This document shows, in pieces, positions 1-8,241 of a stretch of 64,000 nt of DNA. Location: IMG/VR virus record IMGVR_UViG_3300030708_003042, positions 759 to 64,758 of that record, one strand, 5' to 3'. The position numbers and the translations under genes were made by a program. The first letter of the stretch is position 1. Each line of letters begins with the position of its first letter. The notes beneath the pieces were generated by a model that made no database searches, had not been told where the DNA came from, and was given only the letters and a program-made list of their open reading frames with translations. This stretch comes from a virus (taxonomy: Duplodnaviria > Caudoviricetes).

Positions 1-10
1 CAAGAAGGAG

Positions 11-310
11 ATGCAGGATATTACTGAACTCCAAGAAAAAATCTATGAGAGTGTCTTTAAGTTTCACTCTATGTCAAATGCAGAAAAACTTGAGCATGTG
101 GAAATGCTTGAGGATCTTTTGAATAAACAAAAAATTCTCTACACCAGACTCAGTTTGTCTGATGATCCTCAGGCACAATCAATGAAAGAAAACATCATGA
201 AGGAAGCAACCATGATTGGGTTTCCTGCAGATGTTGACCTGGCTACGGTGTTCTCTAACATGAATGCTATGATTGCCAACATGAAGAAAACTATCCAGAG
301 AGAGGGTTGA
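11..310 (+). CDS. Conserved cyanophage protein, DUF1825-like; may start upstream of the window
   Basis: KILYTRLSLSDDP motif; position just upstream of gp32 is typical of T4-like cyanophages; frame is open to the window edge. Confidence 0.6.
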   Translation: MQDITELQEKIYESVFKFHSMSNAEKLEHVEMLEDLLNKQKILYTRLSLSDDPQAQSMKENIMKEATMIGFPADVDLATVFSNMNAMIANMKKTIQREG

Positions 311-335
311 CTTCCTCACCTAAATATTCTATATT
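307..335 (+). promoter_or_regulatory. Sigma70-like promoter TTGACT-17-TATATT with a late TAAATA box (321-326) in its spacer, upstream of gp32
   Basis: Boxes and 17 bp spacing read directly from the sequence. Confidence 0.6.
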
Positions 336-400
336 GAGGCTGCCTGATCCTCTACCAAGCTAAAGGACACAGACCAAATACATCTAATACGGAGAATACA

Positions 401-1339
401 ATGTCTTTCAAAGACCTTAAAAAGCAGTCTTCCCTTGGTTCACTCACTAACAAGTTGGTGAAAGAAGTAGAGAAGATGAACAATACTGGTGGAGGTGCAG
501 ATGAACGCCTTTGGAAACCAGAAATGGACAAGTCAGGTAATGGGTATGCAGTTATTCGCTTCCTCCCTGCTCCTGAAGGAGAAGATCTTCCTTGGGTAAA
601 ACTCTTCTCTCATGCCTTCCAAGGACCTGGTGGATGGTATATTGAAAACTCCCTGACCACTGTGGGAGGAAAAGACCCTGTAGGAGAACTCAACAGGGAA
701 CTTTGGAACAGTGGAAATGAATCTGATAAGGACACTGTGCGTAAGCAAAAGCGCAAACTGTCCTTCTATGCCAACATCTATGTTGTCAAAGATCCTGCCA
801 ACCCACAAAATGAAGGAGGTGTGTTCCTCTATAAGTTTGGCAAGAAGATCTTTGATAAGATTATGGCTGCTATGCAACCTGAGTTTGAGGATGAGACTCC
901 TATCAATCCCTTTGACTTCTGGCAAGGTGCTAACTTCAAACTGAAGTTGAAGAAGGTTGCTGGTTATTGGAACTATGACTCCTCTGAGTTTGATCGTCAG
1001 GGTCCTCTCCTGGATGATGATGATGCCCTTGAAGCAATCTGGAAGAAGCAATATTCTCTTGCTGCTTTCACTGCTGCTGATCAGTTCAAGTCCTATGATG
1101 AACTGAAGAAGCGTCTTGATTATGTTCTTGGAAAGAAGTCAACACGTCCAGCACCACAAGCAGAGGAAACTGAATATGATAACTACGCAGCAGCAGAACA
1201 AAAGTCTGTTACAGAAGAGCAAGTGCTCAGGAAGCTTGAAGATTCTTACCAAGCATCAAAAACTCCTGATCCAGCACCCACTGCTACTGACGATGATGAT
1301 GACGCTATGTCTTACTTCGCAAAACTTGCTGACTCATGA
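401..1339 (+). CDS. gp32: Single-stranded DNA-binding protein (T4 gp32)
   Basis: DERLWKP, GNGYAVIRFLP, GGWYIENS, YKFGKKIFDKI, NPFDFWQGANFKLK motifs; acidic tail ending SYFAKLA. Confidence 0.97.
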   Translation: MSFKDLKKQSSLGSLTNKLVKEVEKMNNTGGGADERLWKPEMDKSGNGYAVIRFLPAPEGEDLPWVKLFSHAFQGPGGWYIENSLTTVGGKDPVGELNRELWNSGNESDKDTVRKQKRKLSFYANIYVVKDPANPQNEGGVFLYKFGKKIFDKIMAAMQPEFEDETPINPFDFWQGANFKLKLKKVAGYWNYDSSEFDRQGPLLDDDDALEAIWKKQYSLAAFTAADQFKSYDELKKRLDYVLGKKSTRPAPQAEETEYDNYAAAEQKSVTEEQVLRKLEDSYQASKTPDPAPTATDDDDDAMSYFAKLADS

Positions 1340-1354
1340 AGTGGACTTATGAGA

Positions 1355-1371
1355 GAGGGTGTCTCACCCTC
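1355..1371. terminator. Hairpin between convergent gp32 and gp53
   Basis: GAGGGTG-TCT-CACCCTC perfect 7 bp stem; weak U-tail. Confidence 0.55.
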
Positions 1372-1398
1372 CTTGTAATTGCAACCTATTATAGTTTA

Positions 1399-2064
1399 TT
1401 AAAATAGGTTTATATTGTCTGCTTTTACTAATGATCTAGTTACAAATTGGGTGCTACCATCTTTATATTCCATCAAACTCTTGATGTCTCTTATAACAGT
1501 TTGAATAAGTTCAGGTTTTAATAAGAAAATATTTCTTTTATCATCTTGAATTTTAGATTCATACTCATAGTTGGTAACACCTACATTTGTATTTGTAACA
1601 GTGCTCATTCTTCCTAGAGCACCATCATAAAAAGTAATAGAGTAATCAGAAGGGACTTCAAGTCCCTTTTTTAATACTGTATAATTGTTACTTGAATCCT
1701 TCACTTCAATAGATTCATAGTGATGGATGTTATCATAGTTAGTAACTCCATACTTCTTATTCATGTAGAGTTCAAAAGTTCTGTTGCTCATTGGCCATTC
1801 ATCTTGAATGTTAATGATATTGTTTGAAAGTAGAACTATCCAATCATAATTTGGATTGTTATAGATTTTATTAGCAACATTATCAGGTCTCTCATCACCA
1901 ACAATTTGATACTTGGTGAAGTTTGTTAAGTCTTGGAATAACTTATTACTAAGTTTTACTCTCTTAAAGAGATTTTTTACTTCTGTGTATGAGGATATAT
2001 TCTGCTCACTAGGGATCCTATTGACATACTCAAGATTGGGAAGGTAAGAAAAGTAGTTTGACAT
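1399..2064 (-). CDS. gp53: Baseplate wedge subunit (T4 gp53)
   Basis: MSNYF start, Y.I..DERPD..A...Y....YDWIVLL.NNI...EWP LysM-like motif. Confidence 0.9.
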   Translation of the reverse strand: MSNYFSYLPNLEYVNRIPSEQNISSYTEVKNLFKRVKLSNKLFQDLTNFTKYQIVGDERPDNVANKIYNNPNYDWIVLLSNNIINIQDEWPMSNRTFELYMNKKYGVTNYDNIHHYESIEVKDSSNNYTVLKKGLEVPSDYSITFYDGALGRMSTVTNTNVGVTNYEYESKIQDDKRNIFLLKPELIQTVIRDIKSLMEYKDGSTQFVTRSLVKADNINLF

Positions 2065-2066
2065 TT

Positions 2067-3500
2067 TTAGTAACCCATGTTTCTGTGTTTATCGAATGAT
2101 CCAATAGCATCATCACTTGAATCATCAAACTCATCAGCATAGATTGGTTCAAGTTCTCCAAAACTCATCTGAAGATCATAAGCTGTCAATGAACCAGTCT
2201 CATTGTATGTCATATAAGTTCCATCAGGTGTATAGTTCACATTAAGATTGGTCATTGCCATTGGTTTGAATACATTTAAATAAGGATGTATTGCACCAGC
2301 ATTTTCACCTTTAGCGTTATATATGTATTCAACAGTGAATACTCTAGGAGTTAGTAAGAAAAGATTAGAAGTAGATCTTTGAACTGCCATGTTCTTTTTG
2401 AACACTCTGATAATTTGTTTTATCTCCTCTGATTCTTTTGCTGACCTTGGTGTAAATCTAAAGTTAAAGTTAAAGGTACGCAGGTTAGGACCTTTGAAAA
2501 GAAGTTCAAGATTAGGATTGAGTGTCACACCTGCAGTTCTACCAAGGATGTTTGCACCAACTGCTTGTCCAGCAAAGTAAGCAGTCAATGCTGGTCCACT
2601 TGCTGGATCACTCAACATAGCACTTATGTCATTTCCTATTTCCTTAAGGGCACTTTGTGCTGCTTCACCCATCTTTTCAAGATTGCCAAAATTTCCTAAT
2701 GTTTCTATCCCTCCCACAGCAGCTCTACCAGCAATCATTTGAAGTGGGTTTAAGTTATCACCACCCCAACTAACAGCATTTGATTCAGAGAAATTAGGTT
2801 GCATAGGGAGAATCACAGTCTCCTTCTTCTTAGAATCTTTAATTAATCTTTGCTTTGCACTTTTTCTGCTATTAAGTGTTAGTGCTTGTCTTCCTCCAGC
2901 AGTATATTCATATGCAGTAATTCTTATAAAGTCATAACCTAAGTCAGGTATATCTAAAGGATATCTTAGAAGATCTTTACCTTCAGGTATTGCTCTACCT
3001 TTTACATTTGCAACATTGAAATCACCACCTGGTGAAACAGTTACCTGATCAGGGTCAGTGTTTGGATTGTTGGCAGTTGATTTATACTCCTCAGTTTGAC
3101 GAAGTGCTTGATATTCATCATCAGGAAGCACTTGTTTTGCAAGAGATAAAACATCATATCTTGTTTGCTTAGTTACTCTTTCCTCTTGACCTTGAGCACC
3201 ATCAGGATTGCCAGCACCAAAATATTTTGCATTCAGTGTTGGTGAGTTATGTGTTGTTGACCCATCAGATTTAACTGTACGCATCAAGGTCTCTGTTGTT
3301 GTTCTACCTTGACCAACTCCTGTAGTTGTTTTCTCAAAATATTGAACTTCGCCAGTTTTTATATTTGTCCTTACAATTACATTGCCTTTCTTTTTATCAA
3401 TTGAGTTATCAGGATCATCATACTTTTCTAGGCGCAGTGTATGCTCATATACATTATCACTCTTCTTCTTCCAATTAGTGTTGTTATTAGTAGATGGCAT
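2067..3500 (-). CDS. gp48: Baseplate tail-tube cap (T4 gp48)
   Basis: LRYP, NPNLELLFKGPNLRTFNFNFRFTPRSAKES, L.F.ELEP motifs; synteny with gp53. Confidence 0.9.
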   Translation of the reverse strand: MPSTNNNTNWKKKSDNVYEHTLRLEKYDDPDNSIDKKKGNVIVRTNIKTGEVQYFEKTTTGVGQGRTTTETLMRTVKSDGSTTHNSPTLNAKYFGAGNPDGAQGQEERVTKQTRYDVLSLAKQVLPDDEYQALRQTEEYKSTANNPNTDPDQVTVSPGGDFNVANVKGRAIPEGKDLLRYPLDIPDLGYDFIRITAYEYTAGGRQALTLNSRKSAKQRLIKDSKKKETVILPMQPNFSESNAVSWGGDNLNPLQMIAGRAAVGGIETLGNFGNLEKMGEAAQSALKEIGNDISAMLSDPASGPALTAYFAGQAVGANILGRTAGVTLNPNLELLFKGPNLRTFNFNFRFTPRSAKESEEIKQIIRVFKKNMAVQRSTSNLFLLTPRVFTVEYIYNAKGENAGAIHPYLNVFKPMAMTNLNVNYTPDGTYMTYNETGSLTAYDLQMSFGELEPIYADEFDDSSDDAIGSFDKHRNMGY

Positions 3501-3515
3501 TGATCATCCTTGCAT

Positions 3516-3893
3516 TTAAGTATTTATTAGGAAATGTTGAGTTGGAATAGATCTTGCATCTCTTAATTCAAGAGGATAAACTACATGCAAGTTGCCAATA
3601 ATTTCATTCCAAGTATAGTTTCTAAACTTACCCCAATGATAATTCAATCCCCTAAATCCCCATCTATCTACTGATACACAAGCAATCAGTGGGTTTTGAT
3701 CATACTTTATTCTTGGTGTCTTTGGTTGATATACAAAGGTGTAGTATCTACCAACATCAGGAACAACTTCTGTCTCTGTCAGCACCTCAAGAAGAGCTAC
3801 CATTCTATCATCAGCAGATGACTTATTAATGATGTCATCTACAACATACTCTAATCTATTTTCTGCGCTTTCTAGATACTCCTCTTGTTCCAT
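3516..3893 (-). CDS. Conserved cyanophage hypothetical protein
   Basis: YYTFVY.PKTP.I.YDQNPLIAC...WGFRGLNYHW motif; lies between gp4 and gp48. Confidence 0.7.
   Translation of the reverse strand: MEQEEYLESAENRLEYVVDDIINKSSADDRMVALLEVLTETEVVPDVGRYYTFVYQPKTPRIKYDQNPLIACVSVDRWGFRGLNYHWGKFRNYTWNEIIGNLHVVYPLELRDARSIPTQHFLINT
3521..3526 (-). promoter_or_regulatory. T4-like late promoter TAAATA for gp48-gp53
   Basis: TATTTA on the + strand ~20 nt upstream of the gp48 start. Confidence 0.65.
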
Positions 3894-4344
3894 AGTTCTT
3901 CCTAGTGTAATGTTTTTCTGGGAAGATTTGATTCTCCGTCATTATCTGAAACTCAATTCCATTATCTTTGGCAAACTCTGACGCTGCTTTCCACTTGGCT
4001 TTATTTATCTCAAAAGTTGCACATTCATACAAGTATGATTTTGTGACTCTACTTTTCTTTTCAGGTGGTCTTGTTTGATGGTCAGGTTTGATTTCTATAA
4101 TATATCTTTTTCCATCTGTCTTTTCAATCAAGAAGTCAGGGTAGTATCTATGGACTTTACCATCAGCAGGTGACACATATGGGATTGAAAACTCTTCACT
4201 TGCCCACTTCTTAATGCTAGGATTAGTATCACACTCTTTACAAAATCTTCTTTCCCAAGAACTTCTACAGATAATATTGTCAGGGTTCCCCATATACTTG
4301 TTGGGGTTGGTGGGTTTATATTTTGTCTTTATACTTTTTCCCAC
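3856..4344 (-). CDS. gp4: Head completion nuclease (T4 gp4, TnsA N-terminal-like PD-(D/E)xK)
   Basis: P.NPNKYMG, CRSSWERRF, WASEEFSIPY, YYPDF, IEIKP motifs. Confidence 0.9.
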   Translation of the reverse strand: MGKSIKTKYKPTNPNKYMGNPDNIICRSSWERRFCKECDTNPSIKKWASEEFSIPYVSPADGKVHRYYPDFLIEKTDGKRYIIEIKPDHQTRPPEKKSRVTKSYLYECATFEINKAKWKAASEFAKDNGIEFQIMTENQIFPEKHYTRKNYGTRGVSRKRRK

Positions 4345-4375
4345 TTCCTGTCTACATAGTAATAGTAATTAAGTT

Positions 4376-4381
4376 TATTTA
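4376..4381 (-). promoter_or_regulatory. Late promoter TAAATA for gp4
   Basis: TATTTA on the + strand ~30 nt upstream of the gp4 start. Confidence 0.6.
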
Positions 4382-4384
4382 TAG

Positions 4385-5134
4385 ATGGCCACTGATTCTG
4401 GCACAAGAATAGGTAACTACAAGTACTCTACAGACAAGTTGAAAGAGAAGTTGATGCACTCAGCAACAACTTCAAATTACTTCTTGTCTATTAATGCACC
4501 TGCACCTGTATTAACCTATATTGAAAGAAAGAAAAGAATTGGTATCAAGGGTACAAATTTAAGAGAGAGAATCAATCTCTCATGTATTGATGCCTCACTT
4601 CCTGGTTCTTCATTTGCCACTCATGATGTGAGATCTGATTTTATGGGTGTCAGTGAAAAGATGGCATATAGAAGGATGTATGATGAGCAAATGTCAGTGT
4701 CAATGATTGTTGATCCTGAGTACAAAACTCTGCACTTCTTTGAAGGATGGATGGACTTTATTGCTGGTAAAGAAATAACTGATAGGGGTAATAATGAAAC
4801 TTATAAGAATTCTATAAATGGATTCAGGATGAACTATCCTGATGGTGATAATGGTTATAGAACAAAAAGTGTAATTGAATTGTATAAATTTGAAAAAGAT
4901 ATATCAACTCGTCAGAGTATCAAGTACACTATGGTTGAGGGATTTCCAATCTCAATGAATGCTATGGAAATTAGTTATGGACCAACTGATCTTCTTAGAC
5001 TGACAGTGAACTTCTCGTTTGTCAGATATGTAACTGAACCCTATAGCAACATTGCAACCACTGATGATGGATTAGCTTTGAACTTTGTTGATAGTCAGGG
5101 AAGACTTTCTAATACTACCCAAAACATTGCCTAA
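4385..5134 (+). CDS. gp54: Baseplate-tail tube initiator, gp54/gp19-like tail-tube fold
   Basis: ASLPGSSFAT, EKMAYRRMY, FFEGWMDFI, FPISMNAM.ISYG, LTVNFSF motifs; synteny. Confidence 0.75.
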   Translation: MATDSGTRIGNYKYSTDKLKEKLMHSATTSNYFLSINAPAPVLTYIERKKRIGIKGTNLRERINLSCIDASLPGSSFATHDVRSDFMGVSEKMAYRRMYDEQMSVSMIVDPEYKTLHFFEGWMDFIAGKEITDRGNNETYKNSINGFRMNYPDGDNGYRTKSVIELYKFEKDISTRQSIKYTMVEGFPISMNAMEISYGPTDLLRLTVNFSFVRYVTEPYSNIATTDDGLALNFVDSQGRLSNTTQNIA

Positions 5135-5137
5135 ATA
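5132..5137 (+). promoter_or_regulatory. Late promoter TAAATA for the gp26 operon
   Basis: Overlaps the gp54 stop codon, ~30 nt before the gp26 ATG. Confidence 0.65.
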
Positions 5138-5164
5138 TTCACACTGATTTTTTTATAGGATATT

Positions 5165-5881
5165 ATGCCTTTACCAAAAATTGTAACACCAACATTTGAG
5201 TTGGATTTGCCTTCATCAGGGAAAACAATTAAGTATAGACCCTTCCTTGTAAAGGAAGAAAAGCTACTTGTGATTGCACTTGAGTCAGAGGACTCACAGC
5301 AAATTACTTCAGCAATCAAAGCAGTTATTTCTGATTGTATTTTGACTAAGGATGTCAAGGTTGATCAGTTACCAACATTTGATATTGAATATCTCTTCTT
5401 GAATATCAGAGGAAAATCTGTAGGAGAGGTGGTGGATGTTAATATTGTTTGTCCAGATGATGGTGAGACTGAGGTAAAGGTATCAATTAATCTGGATGAT
5501 ATTCAAGTTGTCACAAATGAAGATCATACCAAGACTGTGAAACTTGATGATGTATATTATATGGATATGAAGTATCCTTCTCTTGATCAATTTATAAAGA
5601 ACAATTTTGAATTTGAAAGTCCAGACTTAGATCAATCATTTGATCTCATTGGAACTTGTATTGATAAGATCTATAGTGAGGAAGAAGTTTATTCAACTGG
5701 TGATGTAAGTCCTCAGGAAGTAAGAGAATTTCTTGAGCAATTAAATTCAACTCAGTTTAAAGAGATTGAGAAATTCTTTAGTACAATGCCAAAACTTTCT
5801 CACACTATTGATGTGAAAAATCCAAAGACCAAGAAAAAGAATAAAGTCACATTGGAGGGACTCTCAAGTTTTTTCGCATAG
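5165..5881 (+). CDS. gp26: Baseplate hub assembly protein (T4 gp26)
   Basis: MPLPKI.TPTFEL.LPS, YRPFLVKEEKLL, FDIEYLFLNIRGKSVGE, FF.TMPKL, LEGL.SFF motifs. Confidence 0.92.
   Translation: MPLPKIVTPTFELDLPSSGKTIKYRPFLVKEEKLLVIALESEDSQQITSAIKAVISDCILTKDVKVDQLPTFDIEYLFLNIRGKSVGEVVDVNIVCPDDGETEVKVSINLDDIQVVTNEDHTKTVKLDDVYYMDMKYPSLDQFIKNNFEFESPDLDQSFDLIGTCIDKIYSEEEVYSTGDVSPQEVREFLEQLNSTQFKEIEKFFSTMPKLSHTIDVKNPKTKKKNKVTLEGLSSFFA
5869..5875 (+). promoter_or_regulatory. Candidate -1 ribosomal frameshift slippery site T-TTT-TTC joining gp26 to gp51
   Basis: X-XXY-YYZ heptamer in the gp26 frame one codon before the stop; the -1 frame reads CGC ATA GGC ATG into gp51. Confidence 0.55.
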
Positions 5882-5883
5882 GC

Positions 5884-6054
5884 ATGGCACATATGGATAT
5901 GATGTCATACTATAAACTGAACTTTGCCTTGATGCAGTACCATAAATACTCATTGACTGAGATTGAAAATATGATCCCTTGGGAGAGGGAAGTCTATACC
6001 ATTTTACTTGAGCAACATCTTAAAGAAGAAGAGGAAAGGGCAAAGAGTAAGTAA
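5884..6054 (+). CDS. gp51: Baseplate hub assembly catalyst (T4 gp51-like), 56 aa, absent from the ORF track
   Basis: Translated by hand: MAHMDMMSYYKLNFALMQYHKYSLTEIENMIPWEREVYTILLEQHLKEEEERAKSK; stop overlaps the next ATG (TAATG). Confidence 0.85.
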   Translation: MAHMDMMSYYKLNFALMQYHKYSLTEIENMIPWEREVYTILLEQHLKEEEERAKSK

Positions 6055-8240
6055 TGGCAACAACTACCCCATCTAATTTGGAAAAAGAAATTAATGAGGG
6101 TATTTTGCGCACATATCTTGGTGTAGAAGATGCCAGTGATATAGACTTTGAAACATATAGAACACTACTTAAGGAAAAAATTGCTGCTGTCAGAATGGGT
6201 GGCAGTAAAATGGATAGTGGTGACATCTCTTATCTTACCAATGAGTTTTTAAGAATAAAGAAATTTAGAGTCCCTGAGGGGCAGAAGAAAAAGAAAATAG
6301 ATGTAAAGAAGTTTGTTCAAAAAACAGAGGAGACAAGAAAAAAATCTAAGAGTTTGAAGAATAAACTTTTAGAACCAACAGAGATAAAATCAAAACCATC
6401 ACAGAGTGTTAAACCTCAGATGTTGATGCTTCCTCCTGCACAGGAGTTACAAGGTGGAGAGGATGATCAGAATTTTAAGGAACAAGTTTCTAAGGGATTG
6501 GAAAACATAGTTCCAAATCTTGACAATCTTCAAAGTACAATGGAGAGCATCCTTGGAACTTTGAAACAGCAAGCTTTGCTAGGTAAGAAGGAAGAAAGAG
6601 AAGAGGATGCTGCTGAAGCAAGAGAAAGAAGAGTAAATAGAGAGAAAGTATTAGAGAGTAAAGGTAAGAAGTCTGGGGTTGATGATAAGAATCTAGGAAA
6701 GAAAGCAGTCAAACCTGTCAAAGGAATCTTTGATATGTTGATGGACTTCTTTAAAAATATATTACTAGGTGGTGCTCTTCTTTTCTTATTGAATGTGTTG
6801 AAAGATCCAAAGAAGATGCTTCAACCTTTTGTAGATGCATTGAATAATGTCTTAGGATTTTTTAATGGTATCATTAGAGGAATCAATGGATTCATAGATG
6901 GATTCAATACATTTGTGTTTGGTCCAATCAATATGTTTATCTTAAGTCCAATTCATGCATCACTTAATTTTATTGAAGACAGAATCAATGATGTCTTAGG
7001 TCTGTTTGGTGCTGACCCATTAGAAAATATACCAGATGAATCTCCAACATTGGAAATACCTAAGATCCCTGAGATTCCAATGTATGATCCATTTAAGATA
7101 AGACCTGAGAATCAAGAACAAGCACCACCAGTTCAAACATTCTCTGGTGGTGGACAGGTTACAAATAATAGCATTAACATTACAGGTGCTGGAGCAGATA
7201 CACAATTAATCGCTGCTCAACCTGGTGAAATTGTTATGAGTAAAGGCGCTGTAAGTAAATATGGTGCTGGTAATTTACTTGCTATGAATGCTGCTGCTGG
7301 TGGTACAAATAAACCAAGAGACAATAAAGGAATACAAGGATTTGCAGGTGGTGGATTGGTAGGAGGAACAGCAGGTAACCCACCAAATGCTAAGAAGAGA
7401 AAGATATTCTTCCATTGGACTGGTGGTTTCCACAATCAAAATGTTGGCCCATATCATCAAGTCTTTAATGGTAGTGGTAAACCAATGAGAACAGCATCAT
7501 ATGGTGTTGATAATAATGATGGCACTGGTGGATACAATACAAATTCAGTAGCAATTGCTGCTGCTGCAATGGGTCACAGTGGAATGAATAAAGGATATAG
7601 TGATAAAAAAGGTTGGGCAGAAAATCCATTAACCAATGCTCAGACAACCTCAATGGCAAAAGAGGCAGCAGCACTTTTAAAATCATATGGTCAGACTGCT
7701 TCTGACGTTGATAAAAATGTGTTTACTCATGGTGAGATTGAAAGAAAGGGTGTAAGAGAGGGAAGGTTAAGTCCACCAGTTCAAAGGTGGGACTTGGACT
7801 CTCTTAATCCTGGACCATACAATCATCCAGGTGGATTCTTTACAACTAAACAGGTAAGATCTGCTGGTGGTAACGCTATGAGATCTAAGATAAAACAATT
7901 CATGGGTAGTTCAGCAACACCCAAAGAAGAGGAGAAAGTAAAATCACCTGTTGAAGCAGGTCCAGCACCCATACCATCAGCTTCTCCAAAACCTTCTTCT
8001 GCCCCTGTGAGTTCTCCTACTGTAAAACCTAAACCAAGAAGAGAAGCACCTGGTCCCAGACCAAAACCAAGCACAAATACTGTTATACAGAATTCAAAAC
8101 CAAAAGTTCCTGTTAATGCAACACCAACATCATCTGCATCTGGTGGTGGTTCTCAGAACACAGTGCCTAACTTCTCATCAACAGATTCAATGAATACTGA
8201 GACTCTTATTATCAAATCAATCTATAGTATGGTAGGATAA
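6054..8240 (+). CDS. Tape-measure/baseplate hub-like protein 1 with an Amidase_2-like domain
   Basis: Coiled-coil and amphipathic N-half; HWT...YHQ...NSVAI...T.AQ...THGE zinc-amidase pattern; Pro-rich tail; gp29-like position. Confidence 0.65.
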   Translation: MATTTPSNLEKEINEGILRTYLGVEDASDIDFETYRTLLKEKIAAVRMGGSKMDSGDISYLTNEFLRIKKFRVPEGQKKKKIDVKKFVQKTEETRKKSKSLKNKLLEPTEIKSKPSQSVKPQMLMLPPAQELQGGEDDQNFKEQVSKGLENIVPNLDNLQSTMESILGTLKQQALLGKKEEREEDAAEARERRVNREKVLESKGKKSGVDDKNLGKKAVKPVKGIFDMLMDFFKNILLGGALLFLLNVLKDPKKMLQPFVDALNNVLGFFNGIIRGINGFIDGFNTFVFGPINMFILSPIHASLNFIEDRINDVLGLFGADPLENIPDESPTLEIPKIPEIPMYDPFKIRPENQEQAPPVQTFSGGGQVTNNSINITGAGADTQLIAAQPGEIVMSKGAVSKYGAGNLLAMNAAAGGTNKPRDNKGIQGFAGGGLVGGTAGNPPNAKKRKIFFHWTGGFHNQNVGPYHQVFNGSGKPMRTASYGVDNNDGTGGYNTNSVAIAAAAMGHSGMNKGYSDKKGWAENPLTNAQTTSMAKEAAALLKSYGQTASDVDKNVFTHGEIERKGVREGRLSPPVQRWDLDSLNPGPYNHPGGFFTTKQVRSAGGNAMRSKIKQFMGSSATPKEEEKVKSPVEAGPAPIPSASPKPSSAPVSSPTVKPKPRREAPGPRPKPSTNTVIQNSKPKVPVNATPTSSASGGGSQNTVPNFSSTDSMNTETLIIKSIYSMVG

Positions 8241-8241
8241 T

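Noticed and set aside
3856-4344. Transposase or homing endonuclease (TnsA-like motif)
   Set aside because: Motifs and synteny match the core T4 gp4 head-completion nuclease; no terminal repeats
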